Of a stretch of DNA of 64,000 bases, positions 43,372 through 52,051 are shown piece after piece. Position 1 is the stretch's first letter; each line of letters starts with the position of its first letter. A model generated the notes under the pieces. It worked only from the letters and a program-made list of their open reading frames with translations, ran no database searches and had not been told where the DNA came from. A program made the translations under genes and the position numbers. The stretch comes from Octopus sinensis (lineage: Eukaryota): assembly GCF_006345805.1 (NCBI RefSeq), contig NC_043018.1, forward strand, positions 20,336,001 through 20,400,000, written 5' to 3'.

Positions 43372-46300
43372 GGTCAGTTAGTGGGTGGACTTCACAACCT
43401 AATGTTCTTAAAATTTAATTCTACACCGTTATCTGTATATCTACCTTCTCTAAAATGTTACTACTTGATTTGAAAGCTTTTGTATTACTGGAAAACCTAT
43501 ATAGTTGGCTGAAGAGCACTCAACATCTTAAATCTGCTGTAATACTTACAACTTTTAATAAAATGTTGTAGTGCAAAACAATTGTACCAAATTACCGGAG
43601 TCATTCTTATTGCTTATTTTTTATTATATATATATACAAATTGAGATAGGGGCTAATATTGGTAAAATGAGACATACTTATCTACATGGCCGAAACAGCT
43701 GTAAGATGTAATCTATACTTATATTTATATTTACTTTGGCGTTAGGAAGGGCATCCAGCCATAGAAACACTGCCAGATTTGACTGGGCCTGATGAAGCCT
43801 TCTGGCTTCACAGACCCCAGTAGAACCGTCCAACCCATGCTAGCATGGAAAACGGACGCTAAACGATGATGATGATGATGATGATGATGATATGTATATT
43901 CTCTTTTTTATATATATTCTACTTATTATACAACATTACTCTTTTATGTACACTTTTTTATGTACACTTTTTTATGTACATTCATTTATGCACACTGATT
44001 TGTTCTGCTTTGATATCTAACCCTACAGTCTCTTATGTGGTGGTTTAATAAAGTATGTGATTGAGTATTATCTGGTAATTGATATTTGATTTAGATGTAT
44101 TTCTCCATTTTCTTATCTTGTATATATATATATATATATATAAAGGTAAGCAGAGTAAGCAGTTGTAGTAACCAACTAAGGGATAAAAAGTATCCGTATT
44201 TACTATTGGTATCAGTTACCTGTGCTATCCCTAGGTTTCTGGCTTAACCCCTTAACATTCAGATTATTCTGTCAAATGTAATCCTTATTCATCCACATTG
44301 TTTTGAATTAATCCTGCATTATCTCATAGCTGTGAGATTTCAATAATCTGACTGTTTATTTTTAGAATGACATTGCTGGGTAGGTGTGAGAGGCCAGACT
44401 TGGCTGGTTTAAGCATAAAACAGGTGGAATATTTTGATCAGCTTAAAAGCTAAATGGTTAAATAAATCTTCCTCTCTTCGTCCTGGCAATTTTCAAGGTC
44501 CTGCGGAAGGTCACACGCCTTCTCTTTTGAGTGAAACCAAGAATGGATAAAAAAAAAAGTAACAAATTATAAATACACGAATCAATAATTACTAATAACC
44601 TTTGAAACAAGGCCACTGATTTTTTAGAGGAAGAGATGAAGGATGAAGCCCCTGAAGCTAAAAGTATTGCAGAACGAAACAAGAACAGGACTCCATAGAA
44701 ACTGATCATGTTTTCCATCTGACATATCATTTTAGCTCTTTTATATCAGCCCATCGGAGACTGGCCTTGGGTCTAGGATGCAAAATACCTGTTTTGATGG
44801 ATCTAAATCAAAACCTACAGAAATTTCCGGTTAATTTATGTTTCAGATATCAGCTTTAAAAAATGGCAAGAGTTATTTTAATAAGTTCTTGTTAGTCTTT
44901 AAATTTAATTGAAATAAAAGTAATGTATTTCAACTGGAATATGTAACGAAGGGGTTAATTAAATGAATTGATATTAAAAGGAATGGCGAGGATACATAAG
45001 AGAGAGAGAGAAAGAAAGAGGACTATCTTTTATCTGTTTCAGTCACTCAGCTGTGGCCATGCTGGAGCACTGACTTAAAGAATTTTAGTAAAAAGAATTG
45101 ATCACAGTATTAATTTCTTTAAAGCCTGGTACTCATTCTATCAGTCTCTTTTTGCCTAACTGCTAGGATATGGAGATGTAAACATGCCAACATCAGTTGT
45201 CCTACAAGTCATGGTGAGACACACACACACACACACACATATGCAACAGACTACAAGAGAAAAGCACTTAAGATGCCACACAGTGGGACTGAACCCAGAA
45301 CCATGTGGTTGTGTTGTGGAAGGATTCCGAATCCTCACCAAGTGACTAAAGTTGGACTGACTCATCATCATCATCATTATTTAACATCCGTTTTCCATGC
45401 TGGCATAGGTTGGACGGTTTGACTGAGGTCTGAAAAGCCAGAAGGCTGCACCAGGCTCCAATCTGATCTGGCTAGGTTTCTACAGCTGGATGCCCTTCCT
45501 AACGCCAACCACTCCATGAGTGTAGTGGGTGCTTTTTACCTGCCACCAGCACAGGAGCCAGTCAGGGGGCATAGGCATCAGCCACATTCAGATGGTGCTT
45601 TTCGTGCCACTGGCATGGGAGCCAGTCAGGCAGGCCTGGGATCAATCACGTTCAGATAGTGCTTTTTACATGCCACCGGCATGGGAGCCAATCAGGGGGC
45701 ACTGGCATTAGCCATGTTCAGATGGTGCTTTTTCCATGCCACTGGCTCAGGAGCCAATCAGGGGGCACTGGCATCCACCACTTGTTATAAAACAAAGAAC
45801 TGTGAGCAATTGTTTGGGTTGGTAAGCAGTTTACTAGCCACACCTGCACCTTTGTAGGTGTGAATATTTGAAGGACATGTTATTTTGTGGCAAGGTGGGG
45901 GGAGAGAAAAATAATAATAATAAAAAAGGGAGGCAGCAATTCATGGGTTTGAGCAGTGCCAGGAAGACAAAGTTGTTTTGATATCAGACATTAACAAATG
46001 CTGCACCTCAGAGCAACAGACCATTACAACACTGCACATGCAGATGACAGGGGAATCGTCTACACCAACAGTGCTCAACCATGGTCTGTATGACCCCTGA
46101 AGGGCCATCTAACATTTTTGGAGGTCCATGCAACAAAATAGCAAATTGGGGATCCACTATAGTATTTGAAGGGCCCAGAAATAATTTGCTTTAGATGTAT
46201 GTATCGGTATGTATTGCAAGATGTAGCTAGGTTTCTTTACATTAGTTCAACCTACACAAGTTAATGTGTGGAAAACACAAAAGGAATTCTGAAAGAAGTT

Positions 46301-49300
46301 TCTATAAAACTAGTTTTTAAGCATCAATTGGCTTTGAGGGTCCACCAGAATAGAATAGTAATCAAAAGGGTCAGTAGATAAGAAATGGTTGAGAACCCTT
46401 GCATTAGATGTATGTATTGGTGTGTATTGCAAGAAACAGCTGGGTTTCTTTCTATGACATTTTATATTAGTTCAACCTACACAAGTTAATGTGTGGAAAG
46501 CAAAATAGGAATTTTCAAAGAAGTTTCTATAAAACTAGTTTATAAGCATCAAATGGCTGTGAGGGTCCACTAGAATGAAATAGTAACCAAAGGGCTCCAT
46601 AAATAAAGAATGGTTGAGAATCCCTGCTTTAGATGTATGTATTGGTATGTATTGTAAGAAGCAGGCAGGGTTCTTTCTCTAACAGTTTACATTGTTCAAC
46701 CTAAACAAGTTAATGTGTAAAACACAAAATAGGGATTTTGAAAGAAGTTTCTATAAAACTAGTTTTTAAACATCAAATAGCTCTGGTGGGGTCCACCAGA
46801 ATGAAATGGTAATCAAAGGGGTCTGTAGATAAAAAATGGTCGAGAACGCCTGGTCTACACCTTTTGTGCCGCAGCTAATTGCTTTAGTTTATAGCAATAT
46901 TAGCCAAATGTACATCAAGTTGTGCAATAACACGAAAGTATTTAAGCTACATGGTAACAACAACAACAACAACAAGATCAGCAACGAAATGGTAACAATA
47001 TTAATTAGTAAAAAAAAAAGCCAAAAAACTGTAATCTTTAGTAAAGAGCAGCCTCAGGAGAGATTATACATAATTTAGTGAGTTATTTATAGTGTGGCAG
47101 TTACTACACAATACTAGGAAGATATTACATATTAATTATTTAATGGCTGGATGGTTAAGAAGTATGCTTGGCAACCACATGGTTTTGGGTTCAGTCCCAC
47201 TGTGTGTGTGTTTGGGGGAGGCACCTTGGGCAAGTGTTTTCTACTGTAACCCTCGGCTCCTCTAATGCCTGATGAGTGAAGTTCGTAGACGGAAGCTGTG
47301 GGAACTCAGTTGTACTAGTATGTGTGGGGGGATGGGGTATTCTGTGTGTGTGTGTGTGGGGGGGTTCTGCATGGGAGGAGGGGTTGCATGTGGGGGGTGT
47401 TGTATGTGAGGGAGGGGTGTTGTATGTAGGATAGTGTGTGTGGGGGGACAGATATATATAGGGGTTTTTTTATTGAGGAGGATTGTGTGTGTGTGTGTGG
47501 GGGGTTGTTTGTATGGGGAGTTGTTTGTATGGGGAGTTATTTGTATGGGGAGGGGTTTGTCTGTGGGGCAGGGGTGTTGTGAGGTTGGCCTTTTTTTTTC
47601 TATGGCCGGTTGCCCTTCCTAAGACCAACCACAGTCTAGTGCATTATCGGGTTATTTCTTTATGCCCCCAGCACTAATGAGGTTGTGATGTAACTTGCAA
47701 GACAAAACACAACAGAGGAGGAGGAGAAAGAAAGGGAAGAAAGAAACTCCCACTCCTAAGGAAATTTATTTGGGAGGGAAAAGTGGAGGCGAGTGGCTGC
47801 ATGCTAGGTATAAAGGGACAAGCAAAGGGGTCTTGCTAGAGAGGAGATATAAGGCTGAAGGAGACACAGTAATTTAAGAAGTAAACCAAACTTTTAGCCA
47901 CAAGCAAGCGAATGTGTGTTGTTATTTAGACCAGAGCCAGTTCTGATGTAGTAACGTTTTAGTTGAAGACATTCCAACTGTGACCATCAGTATATATTTT
48001 CAGATATAGGTGCAAGCATGGCTATGTAGTAGAGAAGTTTGCTTCCCGACCATGTGGTTTCAGGTTCATTCCTACAGTGCACCCCCTTGGGCAAATGTCT
48101 TCTGCCATGGCCCCAAAGTGACTAAGGCCTTGTAAACAGATCTGTTGGACAGAGGACGAAAGAAGACCATCGTAAATGTATGGCTACATAAAAATAAAGT
48201 CCTGTCAAGCCTTCCCAGGCAAGCCATTTTCTTCGAATATTCATCCCTCCATCAATCTTCAGTGACAACACTTATCCTCCTACACTTCATGTTGTGTCCC
48301 CATTACAGCCCCTTATCACCTCCTCTCCATTCCTGACCCACTCCTATTTCCTTCTTTCACTTCCTCCTCTCCGAAATCGATATTCATAGCATCCGACTCA
48401 TTAACCTCCATCAATAATCATCTGTCACACTCTTTCCACAACCCAGCGCAATTACCTGCCTACACACCCACTCACCTTCTCAGTTCCTCAACCCCAGTGT
48501 TTCCCCAGCCATTTTTTACTTGTGGAACCCTCTTTATGTTGATGTAAGAAGAGGGAATCGTCATCACACACTGACAACTTGCTCGCAGACACTGGCCTGG
48601 AATGTATTCAGGACCTCGAGGCAGTGATGTTGGACCTGGAGATGTGGCAGGTGGACTTTGTTGCTGCAGCCCAGGATGGAACCCAGTCATAAAGAAAAGA
48701 AAGAATGGGCCCTTTGATTCTTATTTTACTCTTATGGACCCTCGCAAGCCATTCAACATTAAAAAAAAAAATCCTTTCATATTTTTATAATTAGATATCA
48801 TGAGGAATTCTTCAAAAAATTGCTAAAATATTTTGTGTATTGTGGAAGCGTAACCAATTTATTGTTCATAATTTTACAGTGCACCCCCTTGGGCAAATGC
48901 CTTCTACCATGGCCCCAAAGTGGCTAAGCCTTGTAAACAGATCTGTTGGACAGAGGACGAAAGAAGACCATCATAAATATATGGCTACATAAAAATAAAG
49001 TCCTGTCAAGCCTTCCCAGGCAAGCCATCTTCTTCTAATATTCATCATAAATGGACCCCGCAAGTGTCTTATGGACCCCAAAGGATTTTATGCACCCCCA
49101 AGGGCAATATGGACCCCCCCTCCCAATAAGGGCAAATATGGACAACAATGGAGAACCACTGATCCATCCTATCACTCGCTCTCATATTCATCGTGCACCT
49201 TGACCTCACAGCTCTCTACCCCCCCCCATCTCTCTCTTTCTCTTTCTTCAGATGAGCAAGCTACATATCCATCTCTTCAGCAATGGTACACACAAATATT

Positions 49301-49518
49301 AAGATGGTCTGTGTAAAGGGCAACCCCTGCAGTACCTGAGGTATGCTTAGGCTAAAAACTGGCTCAAAAACTGAAACGAAAGAATAAAAAGAAAAAGAGA
49401 AAAAAACAAAAGAAAAGAAAAAAGGGAAGTGAGTCGGTGTTCTTACCACTTTGTGCATTCTTATCAAGAAGTTCATCAAAAAGTTTGGAATGGATATGTC
49501 TGGGTAGATCTTCTATAT
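2678..49518 (-). CDS. ZRANB1: Ubiquitin thioesterase TRABID (OTU deubiquitinase), 3' six coding exons; 5' exons (NZF and AnkUBD region) lie beyond the right end of the window
   Basis: Exon lengths 72+199+119+126+230+237 = 983 nt with phases 1-1, 1-2, 2-1, 1-1, 1-0, 0-stop, all GT-AG. The joined peptide DIEDLP...[20 protein letters not shown]...LAHILRRPI...[12 protein letters not shown]...REWLDCCVT...WLDHYRQ matches TRABID as recalled. Confidence 0.97.
3040..3532. mobile_element. MITE-like foldback with about 110-bp imperfect inverted arms (3040-3146 / 3417-3532)
   Basis: Left arm ggtggaattctattttatgtgca...ggaattttcagaaa...tgggaatttatatgac aligns with the reverse complement of gtgatatgaattcccg...ttttctgaaaattccc...tagaaatccacc. 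Confidence 0.75.
4387..4592 (-). mobile_element. SINE/LINE-tail family C ((CAT/ATG)n-tailed, core ggcgttaggaagggcatccagccgtagaaac)
   Basis: Related copies at about 16410-16540, 20905-21130, 21660-22232, 26800-26965, 27578-27723, 28650-28802, 30207-30377, 34765-34932, 42058-42192, 43198-43332, 43735-43890 and 45362-45780. Confidence 0.85.
4640..4982 (+). mobile_element. 5'-truncated CR1-type LINE 3' end
   Basis: Frameshifted peptide [65 protein letters not shown] has the RGH..K / WN.LP C-terminal motif of CR1 ORF2; short 3' UTR and (TAAC)n tail. Confidence 0.85.
5163..5392 (-). CDS. ZRANB1: TRABID exon (230 nt) with the catalytic His: (G)[33 protein letters not shown]...[11 protein letters not shown]
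   Basis: Acceptor taaaacag, donor gtgagt; GHFS motif. Confidence 0.96.
5549..5950 (+). mobile_element. tRNA-derived CORE-like SINE family A, full length (about 400 bp)
   Basis: A-box-like tggctgtgtggtaag, B-box-like ggttcagtccc, CORE-like ccttgggcaagt, internal (TA)/(TG) tract, (gtaaaaga)n tail. About 20 copies or fragments in the window. Confidence 0.9.
6420..6820 (-). mobile_element. SINE family A, full length, inverted relative to 5549-5950
   Basis: About 7 differences in the first 155 bp versus the 5549 copy (manual comparison). Confidence 0.9.
7212..7337 (-). CDS. ZRANB1: TRABID exon (126 nt): (G)[41 protein letters not shown]
   Basis: Acceptor ttttatctctccag, donor gtaagt. Confidence 0.97.
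8268..8875 (-). mobile_element. Non-autonomous Helitron (second subfamily) containing a SINE A fragment
   Basis: Minus strand starts TC(ttaatatataaaac) and ends with hairpin cccgggcaacgccggg plus CTAG, at an A|T site. Confidence 0.65.
8925..9305 (-). mobile_element. SINE family B (tRNA-like head ggcggcgagctggcagaa, conserved gtcgactttgcctttcatcctttcggggtcgataa domain), two adjacent copies
   Basis: Same family at about 8035-8252, 18595-19046, 24725-25127, 31910-32080, 33755-33862, 38990-39223, 39700-39830, 41855-41995, 42995-43135, 51645-52005, 57300-57500 and 60930-61160. Confidence 0.85.
9694..9812 (-). CDS. ZRANB1: TRABID exon (119 nt): [39 protein letters not shown]
   Basis: Acceptor tctttttcag, donor gtaaga. 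This frame is absent from the ORF track and was found by manual reverse translation. Confidence 0.95.
12838..13040 (+). mobile_element. RTE-type LINE 3' stub inserted in a TG/CA microsatellite
   Basis: Plus frame [30 protein letters not shown] resembles the RTE ORF C-terminus (GRP..TW...D...AW..A). Confidence 0.55.
13478..14746. repeat. 1.27-kb interrupted (TG)n microsatellite with an internal 375-bp duplication
   Basis: Marker catgcatgtgtgcttg occurs at 13921/14296 and 14151/14526. Confidence 0.95.
15040..15762. repeat. About 720-bp polypurine (GA-rich) tract
   Basis: Almost exclusively A/G on the plus strand, with sub-repeats such as gagaaaaggagagaaagagccaaggagaagg. Confidence 0.9.
16231..16318 (+). 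repeat. 26-bp tandem repeat x3 plus a partial unit (gctggtgccatgcaaaaagcacctgt) in the 5' part of a family C element
   Basis: Unit starts at 16231, 16257, 16283 and 16309. Confidence 0.9.
16611..17665 (+). mobile_element. Internally deleted piggyBac-type DNA transposon
   Basis: TTAA on both sides (16607-10, 17666-69); 12-bp perfect TIR CCCTTTCGTTAC; frameshifted N-terminal transposase remnant ([10 protein letters not shown]... [22 protein letters not shown]...[26 protein letters not shown]) breaking off near 17370. Confidence 0.9.
19177..19295 (-). pseudogene. Decayed full-length 5S rRNA copy
   Basis: The plus strand ttcccagacagtcacc...taacc...gatgttgcttaactttggtgatcagatga...tgtaatatga is collinear over about 119 nt with the reverse complement of invertebrate 5S rRNA as recalled; most differences are CpG-type transitions. 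Confidence 0.75.
19375..19751 (-). mobile_element. Non-autonomous Helitron
   Basis: Minus strand TC...subterminal hairpin (cccgagcaacggcggg)...CTAG at an A|T site; near-identical to 61224-61611. Confidence 0.85.
19811..20009 (-). CDS. ZRANB1: TRABID exon (199 nt) with the catalytic Cys: [65 protein letters not shown]
   Basis: Acceptor cttcctttcag, donor gtaagt; A20-family OTU Cys loop. Confidence 0.97.
20085..20575. repeat. (GAAA)n/(GGAA)n polypurine tract (polypyrimidine on the gene strand) just upstream of the catalytic-Cys exon
   Basis: Directly visible. Confidence 0.95.
21715..22060 (+). repeat. GC-rich 62-66-bp minisatellite (about 5 units) inside a family C element
   Basis: The ccggtggcacgtaaaaagcacc core (with variants) starts at about 21720, 21786, 21850, 21914, 21976 and 22039. 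Confidence 0.9.
22522..22701. mobile_element. 180-bp MITE with 25-bp TIRs (Tc1/pogo-like)
   Basis: atattttaatgtgtataaggaacac versus the reverse complement atattttaatgtgtgtaaggaaccc (2 mismatches). Confidence 0.65.
23425..23477 (+). repeat. 18-bp tandem repeat x3 (gtaccatacagtgaaatg)
   Basis: Starts at 23425, 23443 and 23461. Confidence 0.9.
24339..24719. mobile_element. Helentron-associated non-autonomous element (HINE/DINE-like)
   Basis: Terminal perfect 12-bp hairpin tacctctgcctt-cgtt-aaggcagaggta (24691-24718), the same acctctgcc motif near the other end (24363), and an internal (aaac)n tract. Confidence 0.55.
25700..26190 (-). mobile_element. 5'-truncated restriction-like-endonuclease non-LTR retrotransposon (HERO-like) 3' end
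   Basis: Peptide [42 protein letters not shown]...[17 protein letters not shown] matches the RLE C-terminal K..RY...GW...P.EVG.RGF...W.WLKR pattern; GC-richer 3' UTR follows. The left boundary is approximate. Confidence 0.8.
26530..26660. mobile_element. Dispersed repeat family E (aaaagacgaagac...aaacagatgtattagt), possibly Penelope-related terminal sequence
   Basis: Related copies at 41076-41260, 42224-42410 and 50570-50670. The family assignment is only a guess. Confidence 0.5.
29434..29653. mobile_element. 220-bp TTAA-flanked piggyBac-type MITE
   Basis: ttaa|ccctttagt...actaaaggg|ttaa; related copies at about 9880-10095, 44248-44457 and a left end at 60828. Confidence 0.85.
29742..30155 (+). 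mobile_element. SINE family B dimer (full copy plus 5'-truncated copy)
   Basis: Junction aaagaaata|ggtatttcgtctgcc; tatatataaaa on both sides as the TSD. Confidence 0.85.
30631..32698 (+). repeat. Direct duplication of about 330-360 bp (30631-30961 and 32342-32698)
   Basis: Shared ccattccacagttaagatgct...ccctcgatattgttatataat with scattered substitutions. Confidence 0.9.
32695..33585. repeat. (ATGT)n/(ACAT)n/(CA)n field followed by (CTG)n and (CCA)n
   Basis: Directly visible. Confidence 0.95.
33915..34350 (-). mobile_element. SINE family A, full length
   Basis: Reverse complement of the 5549 consensus from tail to head. Confidence 0.85.
35468..36660 (+). repeat. Tandem duplication of a 555-bp unit (35468-36022, 36105-36660) bounded by (TG)n
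   Basis: Offset is 637 then 638; the only difference seen is one extra C (aatcacctgc versus aatcaccctgc). Confidence 0.95.
38033..38358. repeat. (GGT)n/(GGTAGT)n trinucleotide tract, about 325 bp
   Basis: Directly visible. Confidence 0.95.
38945..39490 (-). mobile_element. tRNA-derived SINE family F, interrupted by a SINE B (38990-39223)
   Basis: Minus-strand head ggctcaatggcccagtggttagggcagcggactcgcggtcgtaggatcgcggtttcgattcccagacc has A and B boxes; the SINE B is flanked by the 16-bp TSD agat(a/g)ttgttacacat at 38974 and 39224. Confidence 0.8.
41076..43332 (+). repeat. Tandem duplication of a 1.11-kb unit (41076-42192, 42224-43332) bounded by (TA)n
   Basis: Offset shifts from 1148 to 1140 through small indels; at least one substitution (tgtatgc versus tgcatgc). 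Confidence 0.95.
46069..46852 (+). mobile_element. hAT-like MITE with its 3' half triplicated (units at 46188, 46401, 46626)
   Basis: Left end cagtgctcaacc; each 213-226-bp unit ends in a TIR-like t(t/c)gagaa...c(t)g. Confidence 0.75.
48495..49161. mobile_element. hAT-like MITE (cagtgtttcccca ... tggagaaccactg) containing insertions
   Basis: 13-bp imperfect TIRs; the TSD is not clear. Confidence 0.55.
48545..48705 (+). mobile_element. RTE-type LINE 3' stub
   Basis: Frame [28 protein letters not shown]...* resembles the RTE C-terminal (Y.D.L..DTGL....L...M.DR..W); A/G-rich tail. Confidence 0.65.
49447..49518 (-). CDS. ZRANB1: TRABID exon (72 nt): (D)[23 protein letters not shown](E)
   Basis: Acceptor ttttcttgcag and donor gtaaga on the minus strand; peptide matches the DIEDLP..KLFDE.LD segment; phase joins the next exon. 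Confidence 0.92.
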
Positions 49519-49599
49519 CTGCAAGAAAACGAAGAAAGGTGTTTTGTAACTGCAAAGTTATGAAAATTTAACTTCCAGCTGAAAGATTTTATATTATCA

Positions 49600-49996
49600 C
49601 TAGCAGTATTGCCCGGCGTTGCTCGGGTTTGTAAGGGAAATAACTATATAAGCATTTTTAGAGATGTAAAGTATAATAGCCATCTCAATATGGCTAACCA
49701 CAAAGGGGGGGTGTTACTGTAGCTTTTTACGTTCTGAGATTTAATAATACATTTTTAGAGGGTTACTTCCCTTACATAGTAGCAAAAAAAATGCATTAAA
49801 AATGGGAAAAAATGATGGTAAATTTTTTTTTACATCGTAGACTCATCGTAGACGTGCGCTAATACCCAGAAGGGCTCAATATGAATCACGACTATAAGAT
49901 ACCCGCTTTTGGTTACACTGCACCGCAAAATGTGGGAGTAGTTAGGAATCTAAATCATAGGAGACAGACACACAACTTCACTTTTATATATAAAGA
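49600..49996 (-). mobile_element. Non-autonomous Helitron
   Basis: TC(tttatatataaaag) 5' end, hairpin plus CTAG 3' end, A|T site. Confidence 0.85.
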
Positions 49997-50099
49997 TATG
50001 TATACACCATTTAATCAGGCTGGTAGCTCTCCGATTGAGGGCAAGTTTAACAAATCTCTCCTTCTCTCTCCCTCTCTCATATGTGTGTGTGTGTGCGTA

Positions 50100-50470
50100 G
50101 GAATGGCTGTGTGGTAAGAAGCTTGCTTCCCAACCACATGGTTCCAGGTTCAGTCCCACTGCGTAGCACCTTGGGCAAGTGTCTTCTACTATAGCCTCGG
50201 GCGGACCAAAGCCTTGTGAGTTGATTCGGAAAATGGAAACTGAAAGAAGCCTGTCATATATATGTATATATATATATATATATGTATGTATTTGTGTGTC
50301 TGTGTTTGTTCCCCCACCATTGTTTGACAACCAATGTTGGTGTGTTTACATTCCCATAATTTAGCAGTTCGGCAAAACAGACTGATAGAATAATTACCAG
50401 GCTTACAAAGAATAAGTCTTGGAGTTGATTTGTTCGACTAAAGGCTGTGCTCCAGCATGGCTGCAGTCAC
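50100..50470 (+). mobile_element. SINE family A, full length
   Basis: Matches the family consensus from head to tail. Confidence 0.85.
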
Positions 50471-51019
50471 ATGACAAATAAATAAATAAAAAAAGTGTGT
50501 ATATATATATATATTTTTATATATAAAAGTCAAGTTGTGTGTCTGTTAGTATATATATATAACGGTAAGCTTTATGAAAATAGACAAAAGACGAAGGCAG
50601 GTTTACGGAAATAAACAAAAGACGAAGGCAGGTGGAATACAAACAAACAATTGTATACTGCTAGTAGATATATATATATATAAAACAAATATTTATGTAT
50701 TATATTTAAAGAAATCACATGATAATATTGTTTGTATCAAGTTTGATGGTTATTGTACTTAACCACTGAGGGAACTTTTAACTCATAAAATCCATTTTTG
50801 CTCTAGGTACCTGTGATAATAGAGGAGCCTTTATGTGATTGACGGATCTGCTAGAAATAACAGCTACAGTGCACTTAATTCATATCCTACTATCTTAACA
50901 GAAAAAGGACACATTAATGTAACAACAAATATACATACATACACACACATATACTATATCACCAATAGTAATTATAAAACCATCACTACAGGAACTGATA
51001 CAAATTACAAGATTGGTAT

Positions 51020-51190
<171 letters not shown>

Positions 51191-51577
51191 AGACAGAGAA
51201 ACTACATGCCACACACTCCTTAAGTAATTCAAGAACATATTTACAAAAACCACAATCAACTTTAGAAATCTCAGCCAAAATTTTTCATGTGCCTTTTACG
51301 TTCTGAGTTCAAATTCCACTGAGGTCAACTTAACCTCTCGTCCTTTCGGAGTCAATAAAATAATTCCCAATTTGAATACTGAGGTCAACGTAATCAACTT
51401 AAGTATTTCTGGGTATGAGTATGATGAAAAAAAACAACAAAAATAACATCCCTCTGCCAAACCGTGTCAAGCTAATGTGACAGTGTCGGCTCATCAAACC
51501 AGCATGATCTCAAGCTCAAAGGCCGTCATCTTGTAGTGGACTTGATATAGGCAATCCAACCAATCCCATCTTATATA

Positions 51578-51634
<57 letters not shown>

Positions 51635-51692
51635 GAAAAAATATTTCTTTACTACCCACAAGGGGATAAACACGGACAGACAAACGGATTAA

Positions 51693-51907
51693 CCCCATAC
51701 CCGGCAGAAACGAATATATGCGTTTTGACCGAAATCGTTTTTTTCTATCTCTGGCGAGTTAACTCATCAAAAGATAGACTCGCCAAAATCGACAGCAAAC
51801 GAGTTCCTTCCTTTATTATAAAAAATATGTCATATTATAAAAAATATGTCATATAAAAAATGTCTGAAAAAATACATTTATTTTCAAAATAATTGTTGGG
51901 TAAGGGG
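51693..51907. mobile_element. 215-bp TTAA-flanked MITE inserted into a SINE B
   Basis: ggattaa|ccccataccc...gggtaagggg|ttaagtcgattacatc; removing it restores the SINE B sequence ggattaagtcgattacatc. Confidence 0.8.
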
Positions 51908-52051
51908 TTAAGTCGATTACATCAACTCCAGTGCGTAACTGGTACTTAATCTATCGGACCCAGAAAGGATGAAAGGCAAAGTCGACCTCAGCGGAATTTG
52001 AGACATTGAAAATACACTGAGAATAGTTAGAATATCTTTTATGAATATATT

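Noticed and set aside
51745-51790. Interleaved complementary blocks (tctatct/agataga and tggcgag/ctcgcca) suggesting a pseudoknot inside a MITE
   Set aside because: Loop lengths of 0-1 nt across 7-bp stems are not sterically compatible with an H-type pseudoknot on either strand.
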